A DNA stretch of 64,000 bases, taken from an uncultured delta proteobacterium (lineage in GTDB: Bacteria > Myxococcota > Myxococcia > Myxococcales > Anaeromyxobacteraceae). Location of the stretch: contig CAWFDF010000004.1 in NCBI GenBank assembly GCA_963814585.1, positions 64,001 to 128,000 of the forward strand. The letters are read 5' to 3'. The first letter of the stretch is position 1. Each line of letters starts with the position of its first letter. Positions 55,499 through 64,000 of the stretch are shown here, one piece after another. The notes under the pieces were generated by a model. That model did no database searches. It was not told the origin of the DNA and worked only from the letters and a program-made list of their open reading frames with translations. Both the position numbers and the translations under genes were made by a program.

Positions 55499-55514
55499 AG
55501 CAAAGGCTATGCCA
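55499..55514 (-). promoter_or_regulatory. sigma54 (-24/-12) promoter of the lipoprotein gene
   Basis: Minus strand TGGCATAGCCTTTGCT, 50 bp upstream of the ATG. Confidence 0.7.
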
Positions 55515-55620
55515 TGGACCAACCCAGAGGAACAGGGGCGGCCGGACCGGGCCGCGGCAGATGCGGCCGGCTGGCGGGTTCATGCTAGAAAACCGCAACC
55601 TTCTCCTGCCCTTCGGATCC

Positions 55621-56349
<729 letters not shown>

Positions 56350-56358
56350 GCGCGCCCC

Positions 56359-56820
56359 ATGGCCCTCTCGTCCGGCGGCGGCGGCCGCACCACCCTCACC
56401 GACATCAACGTCACGCCGCTGGTCGACGTGATGCTGGTGCTGCTCATCATCTTCATGGTCACCGCGCCGCTCATCCAGCAAGGGGTGGCGGTCAACCTGC
56501 CGGAGACGCGCGCCAAGGCCATCGACGCCGAGGAGCAGAAGCTGGTCCTCTCCGTCAAGCTCGACCGGACGCTCTGGCTCGGCGCCGGCGACGACGCCGT
56601 CCGCGTCCCCGCCGACCGGCTCGAGGAGGTGCTGCGGGCCAACGTCCGGGTGCAGAAGGAGAAGGAGCTCTTCCTCATGGCCGACAAGGCGCTCCCCTAC
56701 GGCGTGGTGGTCGACGTGATGGCCACGGTGCAGCGGGCCGGCATCACCGGCGTCGGCATGGTCACCAACCCGCCCGGCGAGAGGCGCCGCCCCACCGGCG
56801 AGGAGAAGCCGGCGCGGTGA
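56359..56820 (+). CDS. tolR: TolR (ExbD/TolR)
   Basis: INVTPLVDVMLVLLIIFMVTAP. Confidence 0.9.
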   Translation: MALSSGGGGRTTLTDINVTPLVDVMLVLLIIFMVTAPLIQQGVAVNLPETRAKAIDAEEQKLVLSVKLDRTLWLGAGDDAVRVPADRLEEVLRANVRVQKEKELFLMADKALPYGVVVDVMATVQRAGITGVGMVTNPPGERRRPTGEEKPAR

Positions 56821-57557
56821 CCGGGCTGGCCGCCAGCGCCCTGCTCCGGCGGGACCGGCTCTGGCCCACCGTGATCGCCTCGGTGGCGGTCCACCTCGCC
56901 CTCGGCGGCCTGGCCCTCTACCGCCGCGGGCCAGCGCTCGATGCCTCGCAGGCGCCCATCACCGCCCGGCTGGTACGGCTCGGCGAGCCCCGCCCCAGGG
57001 AGCTGCTGCCGCGCAAGGAGCCGGAGCCATCCCCGGCCGAGACCGGCCCCGCGGCCGCCCCGGTCGCCGCTCCCGAGCCGGCCGCGCCGGCGCCCAGGCC
57101 GGGCCCGACCACCAAGGTGGCCGCCACCCCCAGGCCGACGCCGAGGCCAGCCGCGGAGCGGAGCGGGGGGACCAAAGGCGGCAAGCGGCTCTCCAGCGTC
57201 CTCTCCGGCATGAAGCAGGAGCTGGCGGAGGGCAGCCCGGATGGCGACCCGCTCGGCGACTCCAGCGAGGCGGCGGGCGACCAGTACCTGGCCCAGGTGG
57301 TCCGCGCCCTGCGCCGCGGCTACCGCGTCCCGTCGACCATCGGCGAGAAGGAGCGGCTCTACCTGCAGGGGACCATCGTGCTCTTCATCGAGCCCGACGG
57401 CCGCGTGCTCCGCCACGAGTTCGTGAAGCGGAGCGGCAACCCGGTCTTCGACGACGCCCTGGAGCGGGCGGTGCGCGACACCCGCCTCCCCCCGCCGCCC
57501 GGCGAGGCCCGCGAGGCCTACCGCCGCCGCGGCCTGCAGGTCGACTTCAAGATCTGA
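56817..57557 (+). CDS. tolA: TolA/TonB-family protein
   Basis: TM with SVAVH motif, Pro-rich linker, C-terminal SGNPVFDDALERAV; between tolR and tolB. Confidence 0.75.
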   Translation: MTGLAASALLRRDRLWPTVIASVAVHLALGGLALYRRGPALDASQAPITARLVRLGEPRPRELLPRKEPEPSPAETGPAAAPVAAPEPAAPAPRPGPTTKVAATPRPTPRPAAERSGGTKGGKRLSSVLSGMKQELAEGSPDGDPLGDSSEAAGDQYLAQVVRALRRGYRVPSTIGEKERLYLQGTIVLFIEPDGRVLRHEFVKRSGNPVFDDALERAVRDTRLPPPPGEAREAYRRRGLQVDFKI

Positions 57558-57577
57558 CCCGACACCCAAGGAGCGCC

Positions 57578-58867
57578 ATGCGCCTCACCCGTCTCGCCGC
57601 CGCCTGCCTCGCCCTCGCCACCGCCGCCGCCGCCCGCGCCGAGCGCCCGCGCGTGGTGGTGGACGCGCCCGACTTCCGGCCGCTCCCGGTCGCGGTGGCC
57701 CCGTTCCTCGCCGAGGGGGACGCGCGCGCCGCCTCCGTGGCGGCCGAGGTGGTGCGCGACGACCTCGCCCGCAGCGGGCTCTTCGAGGTGCTCGATCCCA
57801 GGAGCTTCCTGGCCGACCCCGGCGAGGGGCTGGCGGCCGCCTCCATCAGGTTCTCGCGCTGGTCCGACGTCGGGGCCGAGGGGCTGGTGAAGGCCCGGGT
57901 CCGGAAGGGAGCCACCGGGCTCACCGCCGACCTGCGGCTCCACGAGGTCCGCGCCGGCCGCGAGGTCCTGGCGCAGACGCTCCCGGCCGCCGACGCCCGG
58001 GGGCTGGGCCACCGGATCGCCGACGAGGTGGTGCGCCACTACACCGGCGAGCGGGGCATCTTCCGGACCCGCATCGCCGCCATCCGCAAGGTGAGGGACG
58101 TCCGCGAGCTGGTGGTCTTCGACGCCGACGGCCAGGGCGCCCGCGTGCTGCTGAGCGAGAAGGCGCTCCTGCTCATGCCGGCGTGGCACCCGGGCGGCGA
58201 GGAGCTGCTGGTGACCAGCTACCGGAGCGGCAGCCCCGAGCTCTGGCGCTACCGGCTCTCCGACGGGAGCTTCCGCAAGATCAACACCGGCCACGCCGCC
58301 ATGGGCGGCACCTGGTCGCCCGACGGCGGCCGCATCGCCTTCACGGCCATCGACGGCAAGGACGCCGACGTCTGGACCTGCAACCCCGACGGCAGCGGGG
58401 CGCGGAGGCTCACCACCAGCTCGGCGCTCGACCTCTCGCCCTCCTGGTCGCCGGACGGCAGGCGGCTGGCCTTCGTCTCCGACCGGGCCGGGACGCCCCA
58501 GCTCTACGTCATGAACGCCGACGGCGGCGAGCAGCGCCGCCTCACCTTCCAGGGGAGCTACAACCAGACCCCCCAGTGGAGCCCGCGCGGCGACCTCATC
58601 GCCTTCACGGCCCGCGACGAGCGGCGGGTGTTCGACGTCTTCACCGTGGCGGTGGACGGGGCCCGGATCCAGCGGCTCACCCAGGACCAGGGGCGGACCA
58701 ACGAGGAGCCATCCTGGGCCCCCAACGGCCGGATGCTGGCCTTCACCAGCGACCGGGGTGGGACGCCGCAGCTGGTGGTGTCCGACCCGCGCGGCGAGCG
58801 GCAGACCGTCATCGGCGGAGGCGGCGAGCTGATGACCCCGGCCTGGGGCCCGCTCCCGGCGGAGTAG
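57578..58867 (+). CDS. tolB: Tol-Pal beta-propeller protein TolB
   Basis: Signal peptide, TolB N-domain, PD40 repeats (WSPDG..IAF). Confidence 0.9.
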   Translation: MRLTRLAAACLALATAAAARAERPRVVVDAPDFRPLPVAVAPFLAEGDARAASVAAEVVRDDLARSGLFEVLDPRSFLADPGEGLAAASIRFSRWSDVGAEGLVKARVRKGATGLTADLRLHEVRAGREVLAQTLPAADARGLGHRIADEVVRHYTGERGIFRTRIAAIRKVRDVRELVVFDADGQGARVLLSEKALLLMPAWHPGGEELLVTSYRSGSPELWRYRLSDGSFRKINTGHAAMGGTWSPDGGRIAFTAIDGKDADVWTCNPDGSGARRLTTSSALDLSPSWSPDGRRLAFVSDRAGTPQLYVMNADGGEQRRLTFQGSYNQTPQWSPRGDLIAFTARDERRVFDVFTVAVDGARIQRLTQDQGRTNEEPSWAPNGRMLAFTSDRGGTPQLVVSDPRGERQTVIGGGGELMTPAWGPLPAE

Positions 58868-58870
58868 GCC

Positions 58871-59809
58871 ATGTCCAGGCGCGTCGCCGCCATCGATGTC
58901 GGCACCAACACCGTGCTGCTGCTGGTCGCCGAGGCCGCCGCCGGCGGCCCCGTCGCGCTGGCCGAGCGGGCCGAGATCACGCGGCTGGGGCGCGGCGTCG
59001 ACGCCACCGGGCGGCTCGATCCGGCCGCCATGGCCGGGACGGTCCGCGTCCTGGCGGCCTACGCCGCGGAGGCCCGCAGGCTCGGCGCCACCGCCATCGA
59101 CTGCGTGGCCACCAGCGCCGCCCGCGACGCCGCCAACGGGCCGGAGTTCCTCGAGGCGGTTCGCGCCGCGGCCGGCCTCACCCCGCGCCTCATCACCGGC
59201 GACGAGGAGGCGCGGCTGGTCTGGGGCAGCGCCTGGCGCGACTTCGGCGCCGGCGGTACCGGGCCGGCGAGGCTGGCCGTCCTCGACGTGGGCGGCGGCT
59301 CCACCGAGTTCACCTTTGGTGATGGACCGGCGCCTCGCGGCCGCTGCAGCCTGCAGGTGGGGGCGGTGCGCCTCACCGAGCGGCACGGGGGCCCGGACCC
59401 GGCAGGTCCGGCCACGCTGGCCACCCTCCGCCAGGCGGCGCGCGCGGCGCTCCAGCCGCTCGCCTCCATGGGCGGCGGCGAGGACGGCGCCCGGCTGGTC
59501 GGCGTGGCCGGCACGGTCACCACCCTGGCCGCGGTGGAGCAGGCGCTCCCCGTCTACGACGCCGAGCGCGTCCACGGCTCGTCGCTGACCCGGGACCAGG
59601 TCGAGGCCCTGGTGGCGAGGCTGGCGGCGTTGCCGCTCGCCGAGAGGGCCCGGCTCCCCGGCATGGAGCCGAAGCGGGCGGACGTGATCGTGGCCGGGGC
59701 GGTGGTGGTGGCCGAAGCCATGGCCCTCACCCGCTTCGAGACGCTCACCGTCTCCGACCGGGGCGTCCGCTGGGGGCTGGTCCACGAGCTCCTGGAGAGG
59801 CCCGGCTAG
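58871..59809 (+). CDS. Ppx/GppA-family exopolyphosphatase (short form)
   Basis: AAIDVGTNT, ATSAARDA.N, GDEEA, DVGGGSTE. Confidence 0.9.
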   Translation: MSRRVAAIDVGTNTVLLLVAEAAAGGPVALAERAEITRLGRGVDATGRLDPAAMAGTVRVLAAYAAEARRLGATAIDCVATSAARDAANGPEFLEAVRAAAGLTPRLITGDEEARLVWGSAWRDFGAGGTGPARLAVLDVGGGSTEFTFGDGPAPRGRCSLQVGAVRLTERHGGPDPAGPATLATLRQAARAALQPLASMGGGEDGARLVGVAGTVTTLAAVEQALPVYDAERVHGSSLTRDQVEALVARLAALPLAERARLPGMEPKRADVIVAGAVVVAEAMALTRFETLTVSDRGVRWGLVHELLERPG

Positions 59810-62800
59810 AAGAGCCCGATGGTGAAGTGGAGCGCCCAGAGCCGCTCGTTGATCCGGTCGTCGGGCACCAGGTTGAAGCCGACGTCGAGCGCTGCCGGCC
59901 CCACCGGCGTGACGAAGCGGATCCCGGCGCCGGCGTTGGGGCGCAGGTCGAGCAGCCGGAAGTTGTCCGGGTTGGCCCACAGGTTGCCGAGGTCGGCGAA
60001 GAGCCCGAGCTCCACGCTCCCGGAGAGGCCGACCCGCAGCTCGCCCTTGAAGACCAGGAAGGCCTCCCCTCCCTCGCTCGCCACGGTCCTGCCGGCGGCC
60101 AGGTCGGCCCCCGGCCCGGTGCAGCCGGCCTGGGTGATCGAGCTGGCGCAGTGCCTGGACTGCTCGGCCAGGCTGGCGCGCAGGTCCTGGGCCACCATCT
60201 CCTCCTCGGCGAAGCCCCTCATGCTGGTGGCGCCCCCCAGGTAGTAGCGCTTGGGGGCGATGGTCCGCGACGCGGGGTCGAGCGTGACCACCCGGCCGCC
60301 GCGGGCCGAGAGGGCCAGCGTGGTGCCGTGGCTCACCGGCAGGTAGGCGGAGAGCGTCCCCTGCAGCTTGACCAGGTTGCTGTAGATGTCGCTGCCGGGG
60401 AAGAAGCCCAGGTAGGTCTCGCCGGCCGCACCCACCGAGTGCTCCCACTCGGCCGCGGCGGTGGCGAACCACCCGGAGTGCGGGTGGACGGGGTTGTCCC
60501 GGAAGTCGATGGTGGCCACCGGCCTGATCGACTGGAGCGAGGTGGTCCCCTGGTCGAAGCGGAGCCGCTCGAGGTCGGCCTGGGTCAGGTAGTCGGTGGC
60601 CCCGGTGCGCCGCAGCTGGCCGACCATCAGCTCGTACTGGACGGAGAGGGTGATGCGCCTGGTGAGGGGATGATCGGCCCCCAGCACCAGCGAGATGTCC
60701 GACATGTCGTAGGCGCGGCGCCTGAGCCGCTCGGCGATCAGCTCGAGGTGGGCGGACAGCGGCCACGGCGTGGGCTGCGGCGCGCGCAGCCCGACGTCGG
60801 CCCGCCCCTCCCAGCGCTCGCTGGGGCTGGCGTCCTGCAGGTCGGGGCGGTTGACCTCCAGGAGGTAGTTGACCTTGGCCCGCATGGTCAGCTCCAGGGC
60901 CCGGCCCAGCAGGTTGGGCTGGCCCGACTCGATCGAGGCCCTGGGACCGTTGGCGATGGAGAAGCCGGCGCCCGTCGAGACGTACAGCCAGGGACGCTCC
61001 GAGAGCTCGACGTTCAGGTCCTTCACCGCCTCGGGGGTCTCGGCGTCGGAGAGCCGCAGCGCCACCGACCGGAAGACTCCCAGCCCCAGCAGCGCCGCCT
61101 GCGTCCTGGTCACCGCCTCGGGATCGTACGGCTCGCCCTCCTTCACCGAGATGGCGCGCTGGACCACCGAGGCCAGGGTCCGCCGGTTGCCGCTCACCAG
61201 CACCCGGCCGATCCGGACCCGCGGCCCCTCGTCCACCACGAAGCGGAGCGCCGCCACGTGGCGCTCCCGGTCGATCTCCTCCTTGGCCTCCACCCGCGCG
61301 TAGAGGAAGCCGCGGGTGAGGTAGAGGCGCTGCAGCGCCGACCGGGTCGCCTCCACCTTGTCGAACGCCAGCGGCTCGCCAGGGGCCAGCCGGGCCTCCC
61401 GCGCCAGCTCGGTGAGCGGCAGCTGCGCGTGCCCCTCGAAGCCGATGGACTCCACCTTGGTCTGCACGCCTTCGCTCAGCCGCATCACCACGTCGAGCTG
61501 ACCGGCCCGGGTGTCGGCCTCCATCGACCAGCCCAGCGCCACGGCCTCGAGGTAGCCATCGTTCTGGTACTCGTCGACCAGCTGCCCCAGCGCCCGGCTG
61601 GCCTGGACCTCGTCGAGCAGCGACTCCAGCGGCGGCCGCGAGGGCGGGGCTCGCCGCGGCGGCGCGCTGGGGATGGAGGCCTCCAGCGCCCGCGCCCAGT
61701 CGTTGAGCGGGCTCTCCGCCGCCGTCCCCGGCTCCTCGTCGAGCAGCGTGCGCAGCCGCTCCAGGGCCGCCGCCTCGCCTCGCGCCTCGGCCCCGTCCAC
61801 GCGGAGCGAGCGCAGCCGGTAGGGTCGCCCCTCGGTGACGTGGAGGATCACCACGACCCGGTCGCCGACGCGGCGCTCCTCGGCCTCGATCCGGGCCAGG
61901 GCGAAGCCGTGGGCCCGGTAGAAGGCCCGCAGCCGCTCGATCCCGGCGTCGACGTCCGCGCCGTCGAGCGCCGCCTCTCCGCCCAGCTGGAGCGGCGCCT
62001 CCAGGTCACTCCTGGCGAAGGCCTCGGCGCCACGGATCTCCAGCGCCATGAGCGGTCCGGGCTGCACCCCGATCTCCACCTCGACGCCGCCCGCCACCTC
62101 GCGCAGCGTGGGTGCCCCGATCCGGCCGCGCCGGTGGCCGCCGGCGCGGAGCGCCGCCACCAGCACGTCGAGGTCGGACCGCAGTCGCTCCTCGACCAGC
62201 ACCTGGCCGGGCCGGGTCGCGAGCCGCGCCCGCAGCCCCTCCTCGGCCGCCCCGGCCCCCGGCAGGCGCACCGCGGACACCAGGGTGGGAGGCCCTGCCT
62301 TGACCCGGAGTGTCAGGGTCGCGCCCGGCGCGCCGTGGAGCGCTCCGGTGACCTCGGCGGCCAGGTACCCCTGCCGGCGCAGCGCCGACCGGGCCCGCCC
62401 CACGATCCTCTCGACGTCGTCCTGGTCGAAGGGATCGCCCCGGGTCAGCTGCAGCTCGGACCTGAGATCGCGCTCGGAGAGCGGCGACGGCCCCTCGAAC
62501 TGGAAGACCTCGGCGACCAGGACGCGCGGCGGCAGGCACTCGACGGTCAGGTCGACCCACCGCCCGCCCTGCCCGGCCGGGGCGCTGGCGGGCGCCTCGG
62601 TGACCACCACGTCGCGGCAACGGCCGGTCTGGTAGAGCCTGGTGACGGTGCGGCGGACCGCCGTGACGGTCACCGGGGCCCCCCGCTCCAGCACCACCAG
62701 CGCCTCCAGCGCCGCGGTGTCCTCGTGCTGCGGGAGCAGGAGCAGGATGCTGGCCGCGCGCCGGGCGCCGATCTCCGTCCCCGGCCCCTCGGCCGCCGGC

Positions 62801-62895
62801 GCCTCCGGGTCGGCGCCGGTGGATGACGGCGCGGCCGGCCAGGCCGCCCCGGGGACCATCGCCAGGAGGAGGAGCGCGGCGTGGCGCCGGGTCAC
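59806..62895 (-). CDS. Omp85-family (BamA/TamA-like) outer membrane protein with multiple POTRA domains
   Basis: Signal peptide, repeated POTRA, GGATSMRGF, TPVGP, C-terminal Phe; GTG overlaps the TamB stop. Confidence 0.88.
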   Translation of the reverse strand: MTRRHAALLLLAMVPGAAWPAAPSSTGADPEAPAAEGPGTEIGARRAASILLLLPQHEDTAALEALVVLERGAPVTVTAVRRTVTRLYQTGRCRDVVVTEAPASAPAGQGGRWVDLTVECLPPRVLVAEVFQFEGPSPLSERDLRSELQLTRGDPFDQDDVERIVGRARSALRRQGYLAAEVTGALHGAPGATLTLRVKAGPPTLVSAVRLPGAGAAEEGLRARLATRPGQVLVEERLRSDLDVLVAALRAGGHRRGRIGAPTLREVAGGVEVEIGVQPGPLMALEIRGAEAFARSDLEAPLQLGGEAALDGADVDAGIERLRAFYRAHGFALARIEAEERRVGDRVVVILHVTEGRPYRLRSLRVDGAEARGEAAALERLRTLLDEEPGTAAESPLNDWARALEASIPSAPPRRAPPSRPPLESLLDEVQASRALGQLVDEYQNDGYLEAVALGWSMEADTRAGQLDVVMRLSEGVQTKVESIGFEGHAQLPLTELAREARLAPGEPLAFDKVEATRSALQRLYLTRGFLYARVEAKEEIDRERHVAALRFVVDEGPRVRIGRVLVSGNRRTLASVVQRAISVKEGEPYDPEAVTRTQAALLGLGVFRSVALRLSDAETPEAVKDLNVELSERPWLYVSTGAGFSIANGPRASIESGQPNLLGRALELTMRAKVNYLLEVNRPDLQDASPSERWEGRADVGLRAPQPTPWPLSAHLELIAERLRRRAYDMSDISLVLGADHPLTRRITLSVQYELMVGQLRRTGATDYLTQADLERLRFDQGTTSLQSIRPVATIDFRDNPVHPHSGWFATAAAEWEHSVGAAGETYLGFFPGSDIYSNLVKLQGTLSAYLPVSHGTTLALSARGGRVVTLDPASRTIAPKRYYLGGATSMRGFAEEEMVAQDLRASLAEQSRHCASSITQAGCTGPGADLAAGRTVASEGGEAFLVFKGELRVGLSGSVELGLFADLGNLWANPDNFRLLDLRPNAGAGIRFVTPVGPAALDVGFNLVPDDRINERLWALHFTIGLF

Positions 62896-64000
62896 TCGCT
62901 CCACTCCCAGCGCAGGCGCAGGTCGAGCCCGTGGTCGCCCGCCTTCACGTCGGGATTGTCGTTGTCCCACTGGTACTGGATCGCCGTGTTGTCCCCGAGC
63001 CTCAGCTCGGCCTGGGCCTTCTGGCCGGCGCGAGCGCCGGAGAGCGGGGCCTGGAAGCGCAGCTTGAGCCGGTCCCTCACCAGCCATGACTCGAACTCGG
63101 CCCGCGGCTCGACCTGCCGCGCCTCCCCGGAGTAGGCGCTGGTGACCCGCATCGAGAGATCCTGCAGCACGTCGCCGCGCGGCATGAAGCGGCGCACCTG
63201 CTCGTCGAGCCCGGAGGCCGAGATGAGGGCCTGGGCGGCCGCCGCGGTGGCCAGGGCCTGGGCGGTGGCCGCGGTGGTCACGCCCGGTGCGCTGCCGCCG
63301 GTCGGGGTATCGCGCGAGGTGTAGCCCATGGAGAGCAGCGTGATGATGTCAGGCTGCGAGAGCGGAGGCGAGGCGGTGAGCGCCAGCCTGGGCTCGGTGA
63401 CGGAGCCGAGGACGTGGATGAAGACCTGGTAGTCCCGCACCCGCGCCTCGCCGTGGACGTCGAGCCCCATCTCCACCCGGTCCCGCTCGGTGAAGTCGAC
63501 CACGGCGTGGCTCAGGACGAACTCGTTGCCGCGGAACATGGCGCGGCTCCCCTCGGTCATGGTGAGCGTGCCGATCATGCCGGGGGCCGCCAGGCTGCCC
63601 ACCAGCGTCAGCTCGCCCCGGACCCCGCCGCGGGCCAGGTCGTTCTCGATGCGGGCGTCTCCGTCCACCGCGAGCTGGAGGTCGAAGCGCAGCCATTCCG
63701 CCGACTTGTCGTAGGCGCGAGCCGCCGCGGAGCGCCGCCGCCGCAGCTCGAGGACCTTCTTCTCCAGGTCGACGTTGTCGGTGTAGCGGGCCCGCAGCAC
63801 GTGGAGCCGCCCCGTCACCAGCGTCTCCTCGGGCGTGCCGGCGGCCTCCAGCCGGCCCGACAGCGTGACCGGCAGGTAGGACGGGATGGCCACGGGCACC
63901 GCCTCCAGCTCGGCCTCCAGCCGCAGCCTGGCAGGGACCATCCTCACCAGCTCCACCTCGCCCGACATGGTGGTCCTTCCGCCGTTGATGCGAGCCTCGG
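62892..64000 (-). CDS. tamB: TamB/AsmA-like translocation-assembly protein, C-terminal part (runs off the window)
   Basis: beta-rich; SPPLSQPDIITLL; ends GLDLRLRWEW; upstream of an Omp85 gene. Confidence 0.75.
   Translation of the reverse strand, partial: EARINGGRTTMSGEVELVRMVPARLRLEAELEAVPVAIPSYLPVTLSGRLEAAGTPEETLVTGRLHVLRARYTDNVDLEKKVLELRRRRSAAARAYDKSAEWLRFDLQLAVDGDARIENDLARGGVRGELTLVGSLAAPGMIGTLTMTEGSRAMFRGNEFVLSHAVVDFTERDRVEMGLDVHGEARVRDYQVFIHVLGSVTEPRLALTASPPLSQPDIITLLSMGYTSRDTPTGGSAPGVTTAATAQALATAAAAQALISASGLDEQVRRFMPRGDVLQDLSMRVTSAYSGEARQVEPRAEFESWLVRDRLKLRFQAPLSGARAGQKAQAELRLGDNTAIQYQWDNDNPDVKAGDHGLDLRLRWEWSE

Overview
High-GC bacterial DNA that appears to be two unrelated genomes joined at about 16,915-16,925. 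The left part (1-16.9 kb) has a monoderm-type gene set, probably Chloroflexota or Actinobacteria-like (inference). It carries an Rrf2-sufC-sufS-sufU-moeB-JAB operon with a sigma70 promoter and an IscR-like box but no sufB/sufD, then phosphoketolase-ackA and a universal stress protein. On the minus strand are a USP-GpgS fusion, glycerate kinase, a Phd-VapC toxin-antitoxin pair, endonuclease III, DUF885 and a nucleoside hydrolase. The right part (16.9-64 kb) looks like Anaeromyxobacter-type Myxococcota (inference). It carries a 3'-truncated ligA, a lower-GC type IV pilin patch, rho, rpmE, a small Flp-pilin-like ORF, and a sigma54 activator followed by a sigma54-driven T2SS gspC-N cluster. Further on are an MCP, smc-ftsY-HAD-GNAT, a palindromic 35-bp tandem repeat, a GT2 glycosyltransferase, murI-X-ftsEX-envC-ctpA, a sigma54-driven lipoprotein, tolQRAB, ppx/gppA and a TamB/Omp85 pair. 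Frameshifts are dense from about 5.6 to 19.5 kb and peak at the junction, which points to low-coverage long-read error. No rRNA, tRNA, CRISPR array or transposase was seen. I found no clearly novel system. The best leads are the SufBD-less Suf/E1/JAB operon, the sigma54-T2SS regulatory module and the pilin patch.
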